Below, one piece after another: positions 38,471-49,903 of a stretch of 49,903 bases of DNA (positions are counted from its first letter, which is position 1; each line of letters opens with the position of its first letter). Position numbers and translations under genes: made by a program. The notes below the pieces were generated by a model. The model did not search any database, was not told the DNA's origin, and saw only the letters and a list, made by a program, of their open reading frames with translations. The stretch is from NCBI GenBank assembly GCA_965644295.1, contig CBFFRP010000368.1, forward strand, positions 1 to 49,903, given 5' to 3'. This DNA comes from Paraphysomonas bandaiensis. Lineage: Eukaryota > Protista > Chrysophyceae.

Positions 38471-38954
38471 TTGCGTGTACACTTTCTCCGTGATCGTCGT
38501 TGGAAGGTGATTGAGTGGCAACGTACTACAAGAACCTCTAAAGCGTAGTTACAGCTTCCGCATCTGAAGAAGTTGTAGTTTAAAGGACATTTAAAATTTC
38601 CGGTTTAAAGATAAACTGACATTTGATTCTTGGTTTTATAATAATATATACCATATACCTAATATAGTATGTTGAGTTCTGCGATAAATATTGTGCAGTG
38701 AAATGAGTTAATAGTGTGCAATAGTGAAATCAACTTAATACGAAAAGCTCTACTATGTTCTTAAGTAGCTGTGGCAATAGAAGGATCATATCTTTCCAAC
38801 ATTATGCTTAGAGTCCTTCCTACTGTTTTATGCTTAGGAGGATCTTGCACCTCAACCTTCGGTTCCTCCATAACAATAAGCCTACAGGCTAACAACTACA
38901 AGCAAATTCTTATGTAAGTAAATTACATCTTAATTTCAATAATTAGTAATGGCC

Positions 38955-39846
38955 AATGGAATGACTTTCATTCACTTCCTACACCAATACATCAGTCTAA
39001 ACTCGAAACACAGTTGATGATGGTACGTAAATGGTAACTCATCATCAATGTATATGGGAAGATACATTCAGTATTTCATTGTAGTTGATGAAAAGTACAT
39101 CTCTTTTAAAAGCAACATATATCCCAAATTATCTCCGGCTGATACTGAGTCTAGAGTGAGACCAATATGAAACGTGAAGTAGTATATAATTATCCTTATC
39201 GCAGCTTATACAGACTCCCCCACCAGTATAGTATTCCCAGTGTTCGAAAACCCCGAGCAATGGCTCGTTTACTTACACAGAGTAGCAGGTTTGCTCTGCA
39301 CAAGTAGCTAGTATGTAGGGCTATGGCGTTACTTTTATGAGCACATCACAACGAATATACGTATATACACTGTATTTTGGAATACATTTTTTCAACAAAA
39401 AAATTTGGTGAGTTGAAGATGAGATACTAAGATCTCTACATCTGTATCATCCAATCCAAAACCAACGCCTATATTCCTGATCTGTTCTTCACTTGCATTG
39501 GCAATAGATGGATCTAATCCTCCTAGGATATCCCTAAGAGTTGTCCTCACTGTCTCTAGAGTAGCAGACTCTCGTTCTCGGTCAAGTGTCTCCTCATCCA
39601 TAATAATCAATAAAAATTAATAACAATGAATATGTCTACAACTACAACACTATCTACAAGCAACTTCCAGAGAAAAGAATTTCATCTTATTATCAATAGT
39701 TATATAAGTCTACCTACGATTCCGTGATCAATGGAATAGACATCATTCATATTCAATACCAAACACATCAGTCTAACACAGCTGATCATACTAACTCATC
39801 ATCACTGTATAAGGGAACATACATTCAGTGTTCTCATTGTAGTTGA
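38955..39846 (+). repeat. Pair of diverged ~115-135-bp direct repeats (38955-39088, 39730-39846)
   Basis: AATGGAAT..CATCAGTCTAA..TAACTCATCATCA..ATACATTCAGT..CATTGTAGTTGA occurs twice. Confidence 0.8.
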
Positions 39847-41149
39847 AACCTTGTATACGTACTTACAAGTACAATCAATCCCCAATATGCACTGAAGGAA
39901 ATACGTAATGTATAACTCAAGCTAAATTAAACGCATGCGTGATCGTTATAATTTTACAGTGTGGGAGATGGATGCACTGCCATTTCATTATATCCAGTTA
40001 CCAGACATTTCTATAGCGAGTGCTTGATTACTATTATCATATATATGTAGATGTCTTGCATGCATATCAATGTCATGATGAAGTCATTACCTGGGCTATA
40101 TTGATGGCAATATACGGCAATATATAGTGAGCTACCTTCAGTATATATATATAGTATATTGTTCCCTAGCTTCAGTTTCGAACATACTTAGCTTGTAAAA
40201 TATCAGAGGAATTAAATCTACTGAACTGTATTTCTCCTTGAGCTATCTGGCAACAGACGTGAGTATCATATATCATATACAGGTGTTGTACACACCTGAC
40301 GTCAACAAAACCGAGTCTACCAATGTCACTTCCACATGTGGAGATGATGTTTTCCTGTTGTGCTCACTTATTCCTCTATAGCAGTAAAAATTGTACATGA
40401 AAGAGCAACCTTCGGTGGTCAAGGGTAACAGATATAGTTCATGGCCGACAGTCTCGCTCATGTCACCAAAGCAGATTTGTCTGAACAGACATTGTCACAA
40501 TACTCTTTCCCCAGGATTCAAATTATCTTTAATACATGCGCTTGTCCAGTATGCATCAGGACATCATCATCTGTTTCGACTGAGCCAACCAAGTCGTATA
40601 GCTATAAGATTGTTGAGTATTCTGGATAGTGTGGACATTCTTCCAATACATTCCTTTTGTTTTGTCCTTGCATTATGAGGTGTAATGCAGCTGGGTCCAT
40701 TTGTCCAGGATTTACTATCGCTTCTACTGCAGGTTATTCTACTTATTCGTATATGTATCTTAAGATATGCTGTAAGTATATATCATTGTTACTGTCGCCT
40801 TACATAAATAAAACCCGACTTTTGTGAATAGATGCCTTCAAAAATAGGTTAAAAATCTGTTTACTCCTGTGTAATTAGAATTACACAGATCTGATTGTTT
40901 CGAAAAATCTCAAAGTCGCTGTTGTTTGTATGGGTGATGTTTTCCTCCTGTGTAATTAGAATTACACAATCCAATAAAAACTGGGGTTTCCAATTACACA
41001 CTTCGGTGGGTTTTCAGTCTTCACTTCGACTTCTAGTGGTGGAAAAAACTAGACTTCATTTTATGTGGATGTGGACGAGGAGTGTGGACGGCTTCATACC
41101 ATACATACATTCATGTACTGCTGCTGTCTAGATGCACGTAACACACAAC

Positions 41150-42855
41150 ATGTCAGACTGCTGTCCAATATACATGTGCCTCTACATACAGCACAGTAAC
41201 CCTAAAGCATCTCCCCCTATTGTCGTATAGTCGCACCTATAGTTACCTTAGTTGATAGTAATCAAAGCAAGAGGCCCGTAGAGCTTATATGATAAAGTGT
41301 GTTACTGTAGGCCCCAGCAGTGCTCTGGTTGTGGGATATGCGACCTCTCTCACGGTCATCAGATGGTAACCGACAACATGCTGCTCCTGTGTTGTTCTTA
41401 TAGCTGTTATTCAGCGGTGTCGGAGCTCAGGACACCTCGTCCTCTGATGTGGTGGAGTTCCAGTGCGCTGCTGCAGGAGGAAATGTGGGATGCGTGGCAT
41501 TGTCTGACGACGGCAGTTATATCTGTGCAGCCTACACCAACAAGACTGCATGTTGTTGGGATTTTCTAACAGGAGAAGTACTTGGCACATGCGAAACGAA
41601 TAAGAAGCCGACGTCATTGGCATGTGCCACATTGCCGCTGATGGGTGCTAGATCTTGTAGCGATAAACCAATGCAGGTACTTCTCATGGCAGACAAAGGT
41701 GGAGAAGTGTGGGCCACAGACCTACCCTACATGAAACGTAAAACTCGTATTCTTGGACACACGGCATCTGTCATCACGGACATGATTCATACTGGGGATA
41801 TGATCGTCACGGCAGATAGAGACGAAAAGATACGGGTCACATCCTTTCCGGACACGTGCAATATTACAGGCTACCTCTTGAATCACCGTGACGTAGTCAC
41901 ATCTATTTCTGCTCTTCCTAAGAGTGGCTGTGCGCATTGGAAATATCTGGTCTCGACGGGATGGGACCACCGGATTTGTGTGTGGGATGCGGCGCAATGT
42001 CGCCTGGTGGACGAGGCTAAGCTACACAGTGATAAAGGTGACTTGACTGATAAAACTACCGTTACTGATACTCCAACAAATTCTACTGGCGTACTTGAAT
42101 TAACTGCCGATCACATGGAAGTGGGAAACGAAACGAAAGAAGACGGAGAAGATGAAGTAACCCGTCTCTACGACGCGTCATCAGCCGGGAGTTTTCCTAT
42201 GGCAGTGGCATCATTCGCCCTCCCGACACCATGTTGTCCTTCTTCTCCAATTTCTATTTTGGCATGCGTTTCGTGGAAGTCTTCAGAAATTACCTTCTAC
42301 TATCTTTCTGAACAGGTGGATTGCGAGGAACCATATCTCCGTTTTGATAGAGATGTTGATGACAATGTTCGATCCACATCTCTGCTAACCCCTGCTCCTC
42401 CAGTTGGATGTGCCTTTATGGACGGCCATCTTGTGGTCCTTCTACCAGCACCTCATTACATGAAATTGTACACGGTTTCCTTCTGCAATGCTGATGGGGT
42501 ATTCTCTGTGGACGTCTCAGAAATACTAGAAGGGGAAATTTATGACCATACTGTGACGAAGTTAGCTGCGATTTTTAGAGAGAAAGGTAGAAGCTGGTCT
42601 GCCATTACTGTTCTCCTAACGAATTACATTGATATCACTTTTGATATGCAGGTCTGACGAATGAACAACAGTTAGCTTATACTGACAACGCGGAGGATGA
42701 GAACTCAGGTGCGGATGCGATTTAGAATCGCAAATACGTTAACAGTATGCAATCATACAGGTATCCGCAAGCATGCATTGGACAAACCTTTCGATAAGGA
42801 TGCTAACATAAATCTCTCTAAAAGAAAGAAGCGACACGGTCGTGATAGGAGTTAG
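41150..42855 (+). CDS. WDR4: WD40 non-catalytic subunit of tRNA m7G46 methyltransferase (WDR4/Trm82); 5' exons uncertain
   Basis: ADKGGEV, ILGHTASVITD, IVTADRDEKIRVT, YLLNHRDVVTSI, STGWD..VWD; two short 3' exons ending KRKKRHGRDRS*. Confidence 0.88.
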
Positions 42856-43204
42856 GGGTGTAAGAAGTTTTCATGGTTGAGTGGGGTTAAACTTTTCGAC
42901 GCTGATCAGCGTCTGTAGTATCATGTATACTATGAGTAGACACAGGAAATATACAGTAGTTTTAGAGCTTCTCTTGTTATATGTAAGTCAAATTCGTCAG
43001 TGTCGGTGTTGTGGGAACATTTCTTGTAAACAACATCCAAAATAGTTCACTATTTGATTCGATTATAGATAGACATCTGTCATAGCAGCAGGAAATCGCC
43101 TAGCACCTAGCATACGTTAAATCGGCATTTATGAGGTTTATGAAGTTATACGCAATATATTAGATGGACTGAAGTATTGTGCCACTATAAGAGCGTTATT
43201 ATGT

Positions 43205-43434
43205 AGGAGTAGTGAATGTAACGAATGCCTTATTATTAGCAATAGGTGTTGAAGAGTCAGTGCTTAGAGCTTAACTCTGATATCCTGCTATTGAACGCTA
43301 CGAAAGCTGCTTGTGCGTCACCGCAAGCACCAAGGTGCAACCACTTTCTATCACTCAAAGCAAACGAAGTGAGCAAGCAGAATGATGATATACCCGACAG
43401 CAGGTCCGGAATTTAGGATTCTTGAGTCCTTAAG
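43205..43434 (+). repeat. Repeat family A copy with terminus
   Basis: TTATTATTAGCAATAGG..CGCTACGAAAGCTGCTTGTGCGTCACC..GAGTCCTTAAG. Confidence 0.88.
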
Positions 43435-44045
43435 AAGTCGAGGTAATACCAAAACCTGATACAGCAATTTCACCAGGTTTTATATCTTGTTAGAAATTGA
43501 CATTTCAAGTAATAAGACCTTGATAAACACTTATATAGTAGAATATTATATAATTATAAGAGATACTCTACTTCATTCATTGACGTTCACCTACTCTTTT
43601 TATCTCTAATACACCAACCATTTCTAGTACGATCTTACATCGTCACTATCTTGTACAGTCAGTATATTTCAGTTTCATCACTACAATGGCTATCATATTA
43701 TTGGTTCTCATAATACAGTTAGCTGCTACTGTATTCTTTGAGTAACGGATATAATTCAAATATCTTGGAAGCTACAGCTTTTAATTGCTCACAAACAGCA
43801 AAACTCAACATATCTAAGTATTGAGCTATTATTTTACTGTAATTTGTATCTAAGAGGTTAACGATGAAGAAAAGTCGCAAGTATAGTTTTTATTATCAGT
43901 ATTTGTTGCGTTACAAGTTGGCCCTGCTACTTGTGTTTTGTAATATCGTATTTTCATATATAGCTACATTGCATACGCATATCAGATCTTTCTATATATA
44001 TATATACATTGCATACGCATATATAGCTATCTTCACCACTACTAC
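43435..44045 (-). repeat. Repeat family B copy
   Basis: Terminus AAGTCGAGGTAATACCAAAACCTG at 43435; reverse-complemented core at 43810-44045. Confidence 0.7.
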
Positions 44046-44253
44046 TTACAGTAGTATTAGTACCTATGCTCGGAAACAACGCGGCAACAGCCGCTGGGGG
44101 CACACTACTAGTAGGTGGAGCATCATCCACAGGTGTAGTGGATCATCATTATTATTTCTTCTCATAAAAAGTTCTGCTAGACCGGGCATCATTTCCTGAC
44201 GTAGTTCAGAAACAGTGGGAGGTATCAGATCTGCTTTCTGCTGAGATTCGACG

Positions 44254-44626
44254 ATCCCGTCACCATCTTTATGAACAGTATTACTTACCCTTCTCGTGCA
44301 CTTTCATGAAGTAAACAATATGCAAACGTGGGAAAAAAAATTTCCCACGTTTTTGACGTACATTCCTCGTTAAAGCTAGCTAGTTACTAGAGTGCTAATA
44401 AATAGTACCGTTGGCATCTCTTCCTCCGGGTCGTCGTTGATATGTCGCCACGAATGTTGACGACATTCTTCTTCCCGTTGCACTTCTCCTACACCATCAT
44501 ACATACACAGTTAGTACAGTGTATAGTAACAACGCACAACAATGATCAGAACAATACCGCATATACACGAAATACGACCCCGTCATCATCTTTATGAACA
44601 GTATTACTTACCCTGCTCGTGCGCTA
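44254..44626 (+). repeat. ~47-bp direct repeat pair enclosing a palindrome
   Basis: CCCGTCA(C/T)CATCTTTATGAACAGTATTACTTACCCT at ~44256 and ~44579; AAACGTGGGAAA..TTTCCCACGTTT at ~44323-44352. Confidence 0.8.
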
Positions 44627-44965
44627 CAGTGATATGGTATAGTGGTATATATTGTGAGATGGCATATATATGGGTGTATAGTGAGATGGTATAGTGGTGT
44701 AATATAGTGAGATCAGATGGTGTAGTGGTATATAGTGAGATGGTATAGTGGTATATAGTGAGATGCTGTAGTGGTGTAATGTGAGATGGTACAGTGGTAT
44801 TCAGTGAGATGGTATATATAGTGATATATTATAGTGAGATGATGGTGTAGTGGTATATATAGAGTGGGATGGTATCTGGGTGTATAGTGAGATAGTATAT
44901 ATGGGTGTATTGTGAGATGGTATAGTAGTGTATAGTGAGATGGTACAGTGGTATATAGCGAGATT
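44627..44965. repeat. Degenerate ~23-bp minisatellite (GTGAGATGGTATAGTGGTATATA)n
   Basis: Roughly 14 diverged tandem units. Confidence 0.92.
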
Positions 44966-44969
44966 ATAT

Positions 44970-45056
44970 GTATGTGACTCACGTTAGTTCCCTAGAGAAA
45001 TATATCCGGTGCTTATATCCCCCAGAACACCATGTAAAGGTGCGAGTTCGACGTGA
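44970..45056 (+). repeat. Repeat family A fragment
   Basis: CTCACGTTAGTTCCC..CCCCCAGAACACCA..AAGGTGCGAGT. Confidence 0.8.
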
Positions 45057-45351
45057 CTGTATATTATGATGACTGATATCAATTATAATTTTACTAATTT
45101 ATAATAATATATATATATTAAGCATTGAATGTATATCATGTTCAGTTAATTAAGCTTTGAACCATTCAAACATCATGTATGTGACAAAAGTGGATTGCGA
45201 CGAATCAACATTTAAATACGGTTTAGGTATTATACAATCCAGATCTAATACCTTTATTACATATTTATCGTCATAATAATATAATATCTTCTTATTTATT
45301 CCTTATTTTATACAATCATTTACTATTAGTACTATATACATTTGCACCCTC

Positions 45352-46500
45352 GACCTACTATTTAACGCTACGGAAGCACCAAGGTGAAACTACTTTCGCT
45401 CTCTGTTCTTAAGGTGAACTAGCCCGGATGCTTGACTTCATCCAATACCCCGGATGCCCTTAAGGTGGGTCCATTCCCGGATGTCTGTCTGTTCGTCAAG
45501 GTCCCAATTCGTCTACACAAGTGACGATTTTATTACTGTCGTCACTTGTATACTACCACACAAGCATTTGTTGGATATGAGTGGGCAGAACAATATCTGC
45601 TGACTATGTTTGCGGCTCACGTTAGTTTCCAGAGAGAATCTCTCCGGTACTTATCCCCCAGAACACCACAAAAAGGTGCGAGTCCGACGTTGTTGAGGGG
45701 CATCCTACTATTCAACGCTTGAAGTGGGCCGGAGAGATTTCTTCGGGAAACTAAAGTGAGCCGTATATTTTATATTAGTCAGCAGATAACATTGTGCCAA
45801 CTCATATAGCCGAATGCTTGTGTGGTAGACAAGAGGCACAAACAGAATTGTCATTTGTGTAAACGTATTTGGACCTTGACGAGTTAACAGACATCCGGGA
45901 ATGGGGCCACCTTAAGGGCATCCGGGGTATTGGGCTGCCTGCTGAAGTCAAGCATCCGGGCTAGTTCACCTTAAGGACTCAAAATCCTGAAGTTAGCAGA
46001 CGTCAGGTATATCAACCCCTCAACAACGTCGGACTCGCACCTTTTCGTGGTGTTCTGGGGGATAAGAACAGGAAAGATTCTCTCTGGGAAGCTAACGTGA
46101 GCCGCAAATATAGTCAGCAGATATTCTTCTGCCCACTCATAGCCAAATAAATGCTTGTGTGGTACAAAGAACACCAATAAGTGTCACTTGTGTAGACGTA
46201 TTTGGGCCCTGACAAATAAACAGGCATCCGGGAATGGACCCACGTTAAGGGTAACCGGGGTATTGAGCTCCCTGCTGAAGTCAAGCATCCGGGATGTTCA
46301 CATTAAGAACTCAGAGCGGAAGTGGTCGCACCTTGGTGTTTGCGGCGACGCACAAGCAGCTTCCGTAGCGTTAAATAGTAGGATAAAAGCAGTGTGTACT
46401 GATTAGTTACAGGTAGAGGTCTAACTAATTTGTTTAGCATTCATCTAGCTACTAAGTTGGTACAGGTTTTTAACTCCTATTGCTAATAATAAGACTTTCA
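45352..46500. repeat. Family A cluster: + copy 45352-45720, - copies 45728-46015 and 46016-46500
   Basis: 45356-45700 is the diverged reverse complement of 46016-46385; the spacer holds a third partial copy. Confidence 0.9.
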
Positions 46501-46877
46501 ATATATTTATATACATTTGCTATATATATGCTATTCCCTACGAGTTGACATTATAGCTAGGTAATTATAAATTTAACTGTAAGTTAATTTCTAAATTCTT
46601 AAAATAACGACAATAATGATGTATGTAGATGTATGTACTTGTTCGTAGGTTCGTAGTGCTACCACCAAAGTCCCAAATTGCTAAAACAAACTATATTTTT
46701 GAATATCCTACGATTGGTAATATTGCTAAAACACCAGTTACCAATAATTATCATTACAATTTAATTCAGTAGTTGTGTCAGTGGTTTAAAATTAAATGCT
46801 ACAATATGCTATTATATGGACGGGATCTACTATAGCCCATAAGTTACCCAAACCTAACCATGAAGAAAGTACGGCGT

Positions 46878-49360
46878 TGTTGAGATCTGAAGATTCTATA
46901 TACTTGCAATTGAGTGCAGTATTATGTGAGATGCAAGGATCGAAAGATATATATGTAATTAGTACATTATATTGTGTAGTATGAAACTGAAGTAGAAGTG
47001 GATGACTATACAGGATACGATCACTGAGTGTGTGGTTTGTACACTATAGTAGTAAATGAATGGTGTTGAACACATCGAACACAACTTAGGTTCTTTATCA
47101 TGTAATGTTTATAATTTTATCTTATCAGTTGAGAATAGTAAACCTTAGCAAATACTGTCAACTTCTGTTATGGTAGCGAATGCTAGTTGTAGGGATGGGG
47201 AAGATGACAAGAAGCTACGGTTTGACAAGAACCAAGCAGACTATTCAGCGAGAAAAATCAAGATGCATCTAATGAAGAAAAACCGAAACCATCTTGGCTT
47301 GGAGGACCCGCCAGCCGGAGGAAGGAATTTAGAGTCATGGAGAGAGCGTAATGATACCTGTGTTAGTACTATTTGGGAGGCTTGCGAGCATGACCCTGAT
47401 GTGTTGGAGGTAGCCAATCAATATTTGGAGGGGAAGGCAATTTTACCTGCTGATGATCCTGCTAAGGAGGTGTTATCCAGTGAGCTCCTTCAGACACTGG
47501 TTGATAGGTTCAGAGGCGAGATTGGGACTGTATTGGAGAAGACTACGGCAGAATACCATTCGTTCAAAATAAGGCCGGGGGAAAAGGTGTCTGTTGGGGT
47601 AGATCGACTGAACGGTATAATCCAGAAGCTCATAAAATTGGGACAACCGCAGACAGAGGCAAGTAAATTAGCAAAGATAAAAGCAGCGCTGCAGATAGAG
47701 GAATTACATGATTTATGGATGTCGGTAGCGATGATGCCTAAAGCAACAACTACATTTGATTCGGTGAAAGAGGCTTGTGAAGAGTATGACGAGGCTATGA
47801 CGCAGCTGAAGAAACTAAAGGGAGACAAATCTGAAGAGATCAATTTTACGGCGTCGAAGGAGCCAGTGGTTTGTTCATTTTGTCGGAAGAAGGGACATGT
47901 AGCAGCGAATTGTTATGCTAAGGAACGACAAAGAAAAATGGACAAGTTCAAAAGAAAAGGGAAGACAAAGGAAAAGGCTTCGAAGAGTGTGCAGCAGCCA
48001 GGATCAAAGGATTATACTGGTTGTCATATCTGTGGAGATTTTAGTCATAAAGCCCGACAGTGCAAGTCGAAAAAACGGAAGAACATAAAAAACCCGGATA
48101 ATGAGAATCCTCGAAAATCGAACAGGAAATTCGAGACAGAATGGAAGAAATACGTCAACGACGGAGAGTCGTCGGATGATGAAGCGAATATGTTTGGAGA
48201 AGAGGTTTTGCTATCGGTGGATACGTCGGAAGAACCTCGTGTATATCTGGACAGTTGTGCAAGTAAAAGACTGTTTATAGTAAAGGATAAAATTGCACTG
48301 GAGTCATTTACTCCTGAGTTTGGGGCAATCCAACTAACTAGAAAGGGTTCTCAATTGGAGACACAGGGAACTGGTACATTCGGGGAATGGAGAGACATCA
48401 GAGTTAGTGAAGAAGCGGTGAAGAACATTGTGTCAGGAGGAATGCTGAGATCAATGGGATACGGATTACAACTGCTTCGAAAGCCTAAAATCGTGGAATT
48501 GGACTCTGGAAACGAGGTGTTGACTGGAGAGTACGATGAGCATGGAGGAATGCCGTATGTGGACTTGATGGAGGTGTTAAATCTGCCAAATGTGTCTATG
48601 TGCAATCAGATGGAGGAGGTAAATTTGTCGGATAATACAGGACAAGATGCGTTGGATCGCTTACATGAGCGTACTGGACATGTCTCGAAATCGAAGTTAA
48701 TAGAAGCTCACCGACACATGTTATTCAGAGGATCAGGACTACAACGACATCACCTTTCGAAGGCAAAGGAGAAGAGTTGCAAGAAACCCCTGTGTAAATG
48801 GTGTGCCAAGGCGAAGATAACCAGGCATTCGTTCAAATCACGGGACAACGAAGAGCTAAGCGCAGTCAGGTTTCTGGAAAGAGTAACAGCGGACATCTCA
48901 GACTATCTCAATTGTGAATCCAGACAAGGGTATAAGTACGTGCTCCTATTTACGGACTTAGCAACAAAGATGATATGGGAATATGGATTGAGGACTCGAA
49001 GCGGAGAGGAGGTGTTCAAATGTCTACGACACTTGTGCGAGGTCCACTTAGTGAAGTACGAGGGGTGGAACCGTATAGTGGAGTATCATGCCGATGGAGG
49101 ATCCGAACTTATTAGTCAGCAGATAAGAGAGTATCTGTTGCAGCGATATGGGACTCGGGTGTCACATACAACACGAGACACGCCAGAGCTCAACGCGGTG
49201 TCTGAGAGGAAATTCCGAACAATTGGGGAGATGACACTGACGATGTTGACGGCATCTGGACTTCCAAAGTCGTTCTGGTTTGATGCTTATCAAACTGCAT
49301 GTTACATTGTGCGACGAATGCCAACTCGGACGTGGCAAGGATGGATGTCTCCATATGAGT
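46878..49360 (+). mobile_element. Ty1/copia element (LTR ~46878-47162, PBS, gag-PR-IN), interrupted at 49360
   Basis: TGTTGA...TCAAC LTR-like ends, PBS TGGTAGCG at 47171, long open ORF. Confidence 0.9.
47170..49360 (+). CDS. Copia gag-pol (open through the integrase core)
   Basis: CSFCRKKGHVAANC, CHICGDFSHKARQC, YLDSCAS, LHERTGH..CKWC, VTADI, HADGGSE, AVSERKFRT, LPKSFW, MSPYE. Confidence 0.93.
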
Positions 49361-49903
49361 TGTCACGCAGTACTGGTTACTTATACTGCGTTATTAGTAG
49401 TATGATATGTTACTCTTCTGTTGTACTCTCTAACACGTACAGAGTGTTTTAGTATTTTCAGTTTTCAGTTTTATTTTCAGTTTCTACTCTCAGAGTGTTG
49501 AAGCTGTACATGCATACCGGATAAAATACTTCTAATCGGGTGTGTTGTGTGTTGAAGTGAAATGCTGAACATGATGTATGTGTATGTGTGTGTTACACTG
49601 TAGAGAGGTATAGCTGTGTTACTCATTCTTCTTCTATATAACGTTTTAATAACGATTCAATTAAGCTCATTCGCGGTTTGCGTTTGTGTGGAGGAGTTCT
49701 ACCCGCTGGTAGACTTAACAGTGTAGCAGCCCGCTGGCGTACACTCTAAATCTGTTAAAACGTTTTTAGTAAGAGCTTTCTGTCATTCACGTGTTTCTAG
49801 TTCTCAGAAACATCACAGTAATATTACTCTGAGTAGAAGAACAGTAAACATTGGATATTGTTGAGTTTAATTCATTTTGAGTGTTATGGAGGGAACAGAT
49901 GAT
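49361..49903. mobile_element. Probable LTR nested inside the copia integrase
   Basis: Coding similarity stops abruptly at TGTCACG, followed by T-rich non-coding sequence to the window end. Confidence 0.6.

Noticed and set aside
40390-40680. Possible hAT dimerisation-domain remnant on the minus strand
   Set aside because: Only a weak ARL.AMNYICYP resemblance amid several stops.
43275-43310. Hammerhead-like CTGATA...CGAAA in family A
   Set aside because: The core is not CUGANGA and no stem II pairing is visible.
44627-44965. CRISPR-like periodicity
   Set aside because: Degenerate tandem units with no unique spacers, no cas genes, and a eukaryotic context.
45675-45687. B-box-like GGTGCGAGTCC suggesting a SINE
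   Set aside because: Mismatch at a key position, with no A box, cloverleaf or tail identified.
45757-45790. GAGCCGTAT resembling group II intron domain V
   Set aside because: The rest of the domain V hairpin is absent and the motif is not conserved in sibling copies.
45971-46406. ORFs within repeat family A
   Set aside because: Frames are not preserved between copies.

Overview
Eukaryotic genomic DNA (AT-rich, short GT-AG introns of about 45-155 bp, standard code). A CEP70-like gene, CryptonS-like remnants and interstitial TTAGGG suggest a flagellated protist, probably a stramenopile (inference). Host genes: a YwrD-type gamma-glutamyltransferase, CEP70, a small RRM protein, a long coiled-coil protein, a PH-domain protein and WDR4/TRM82. 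They sit among many mobile elements: three Ty1/copia elements sharing a TGGTAGCG primer-binding site, a chromo-like gypsy integrase with PPT and 3' LTR, a solo LTR, an internally deleted pogo, a structurally complete PIF/Harbinger, a Crypton fragment, MITEs and two unclassified non-coding repeat families. The most notable items are a divergent intronless SET-domain ORF inside the retroelement cluster and a modular non-coding repeat found as palindromes and head-to-tail junctions. All calls are by eye; no searches were run.
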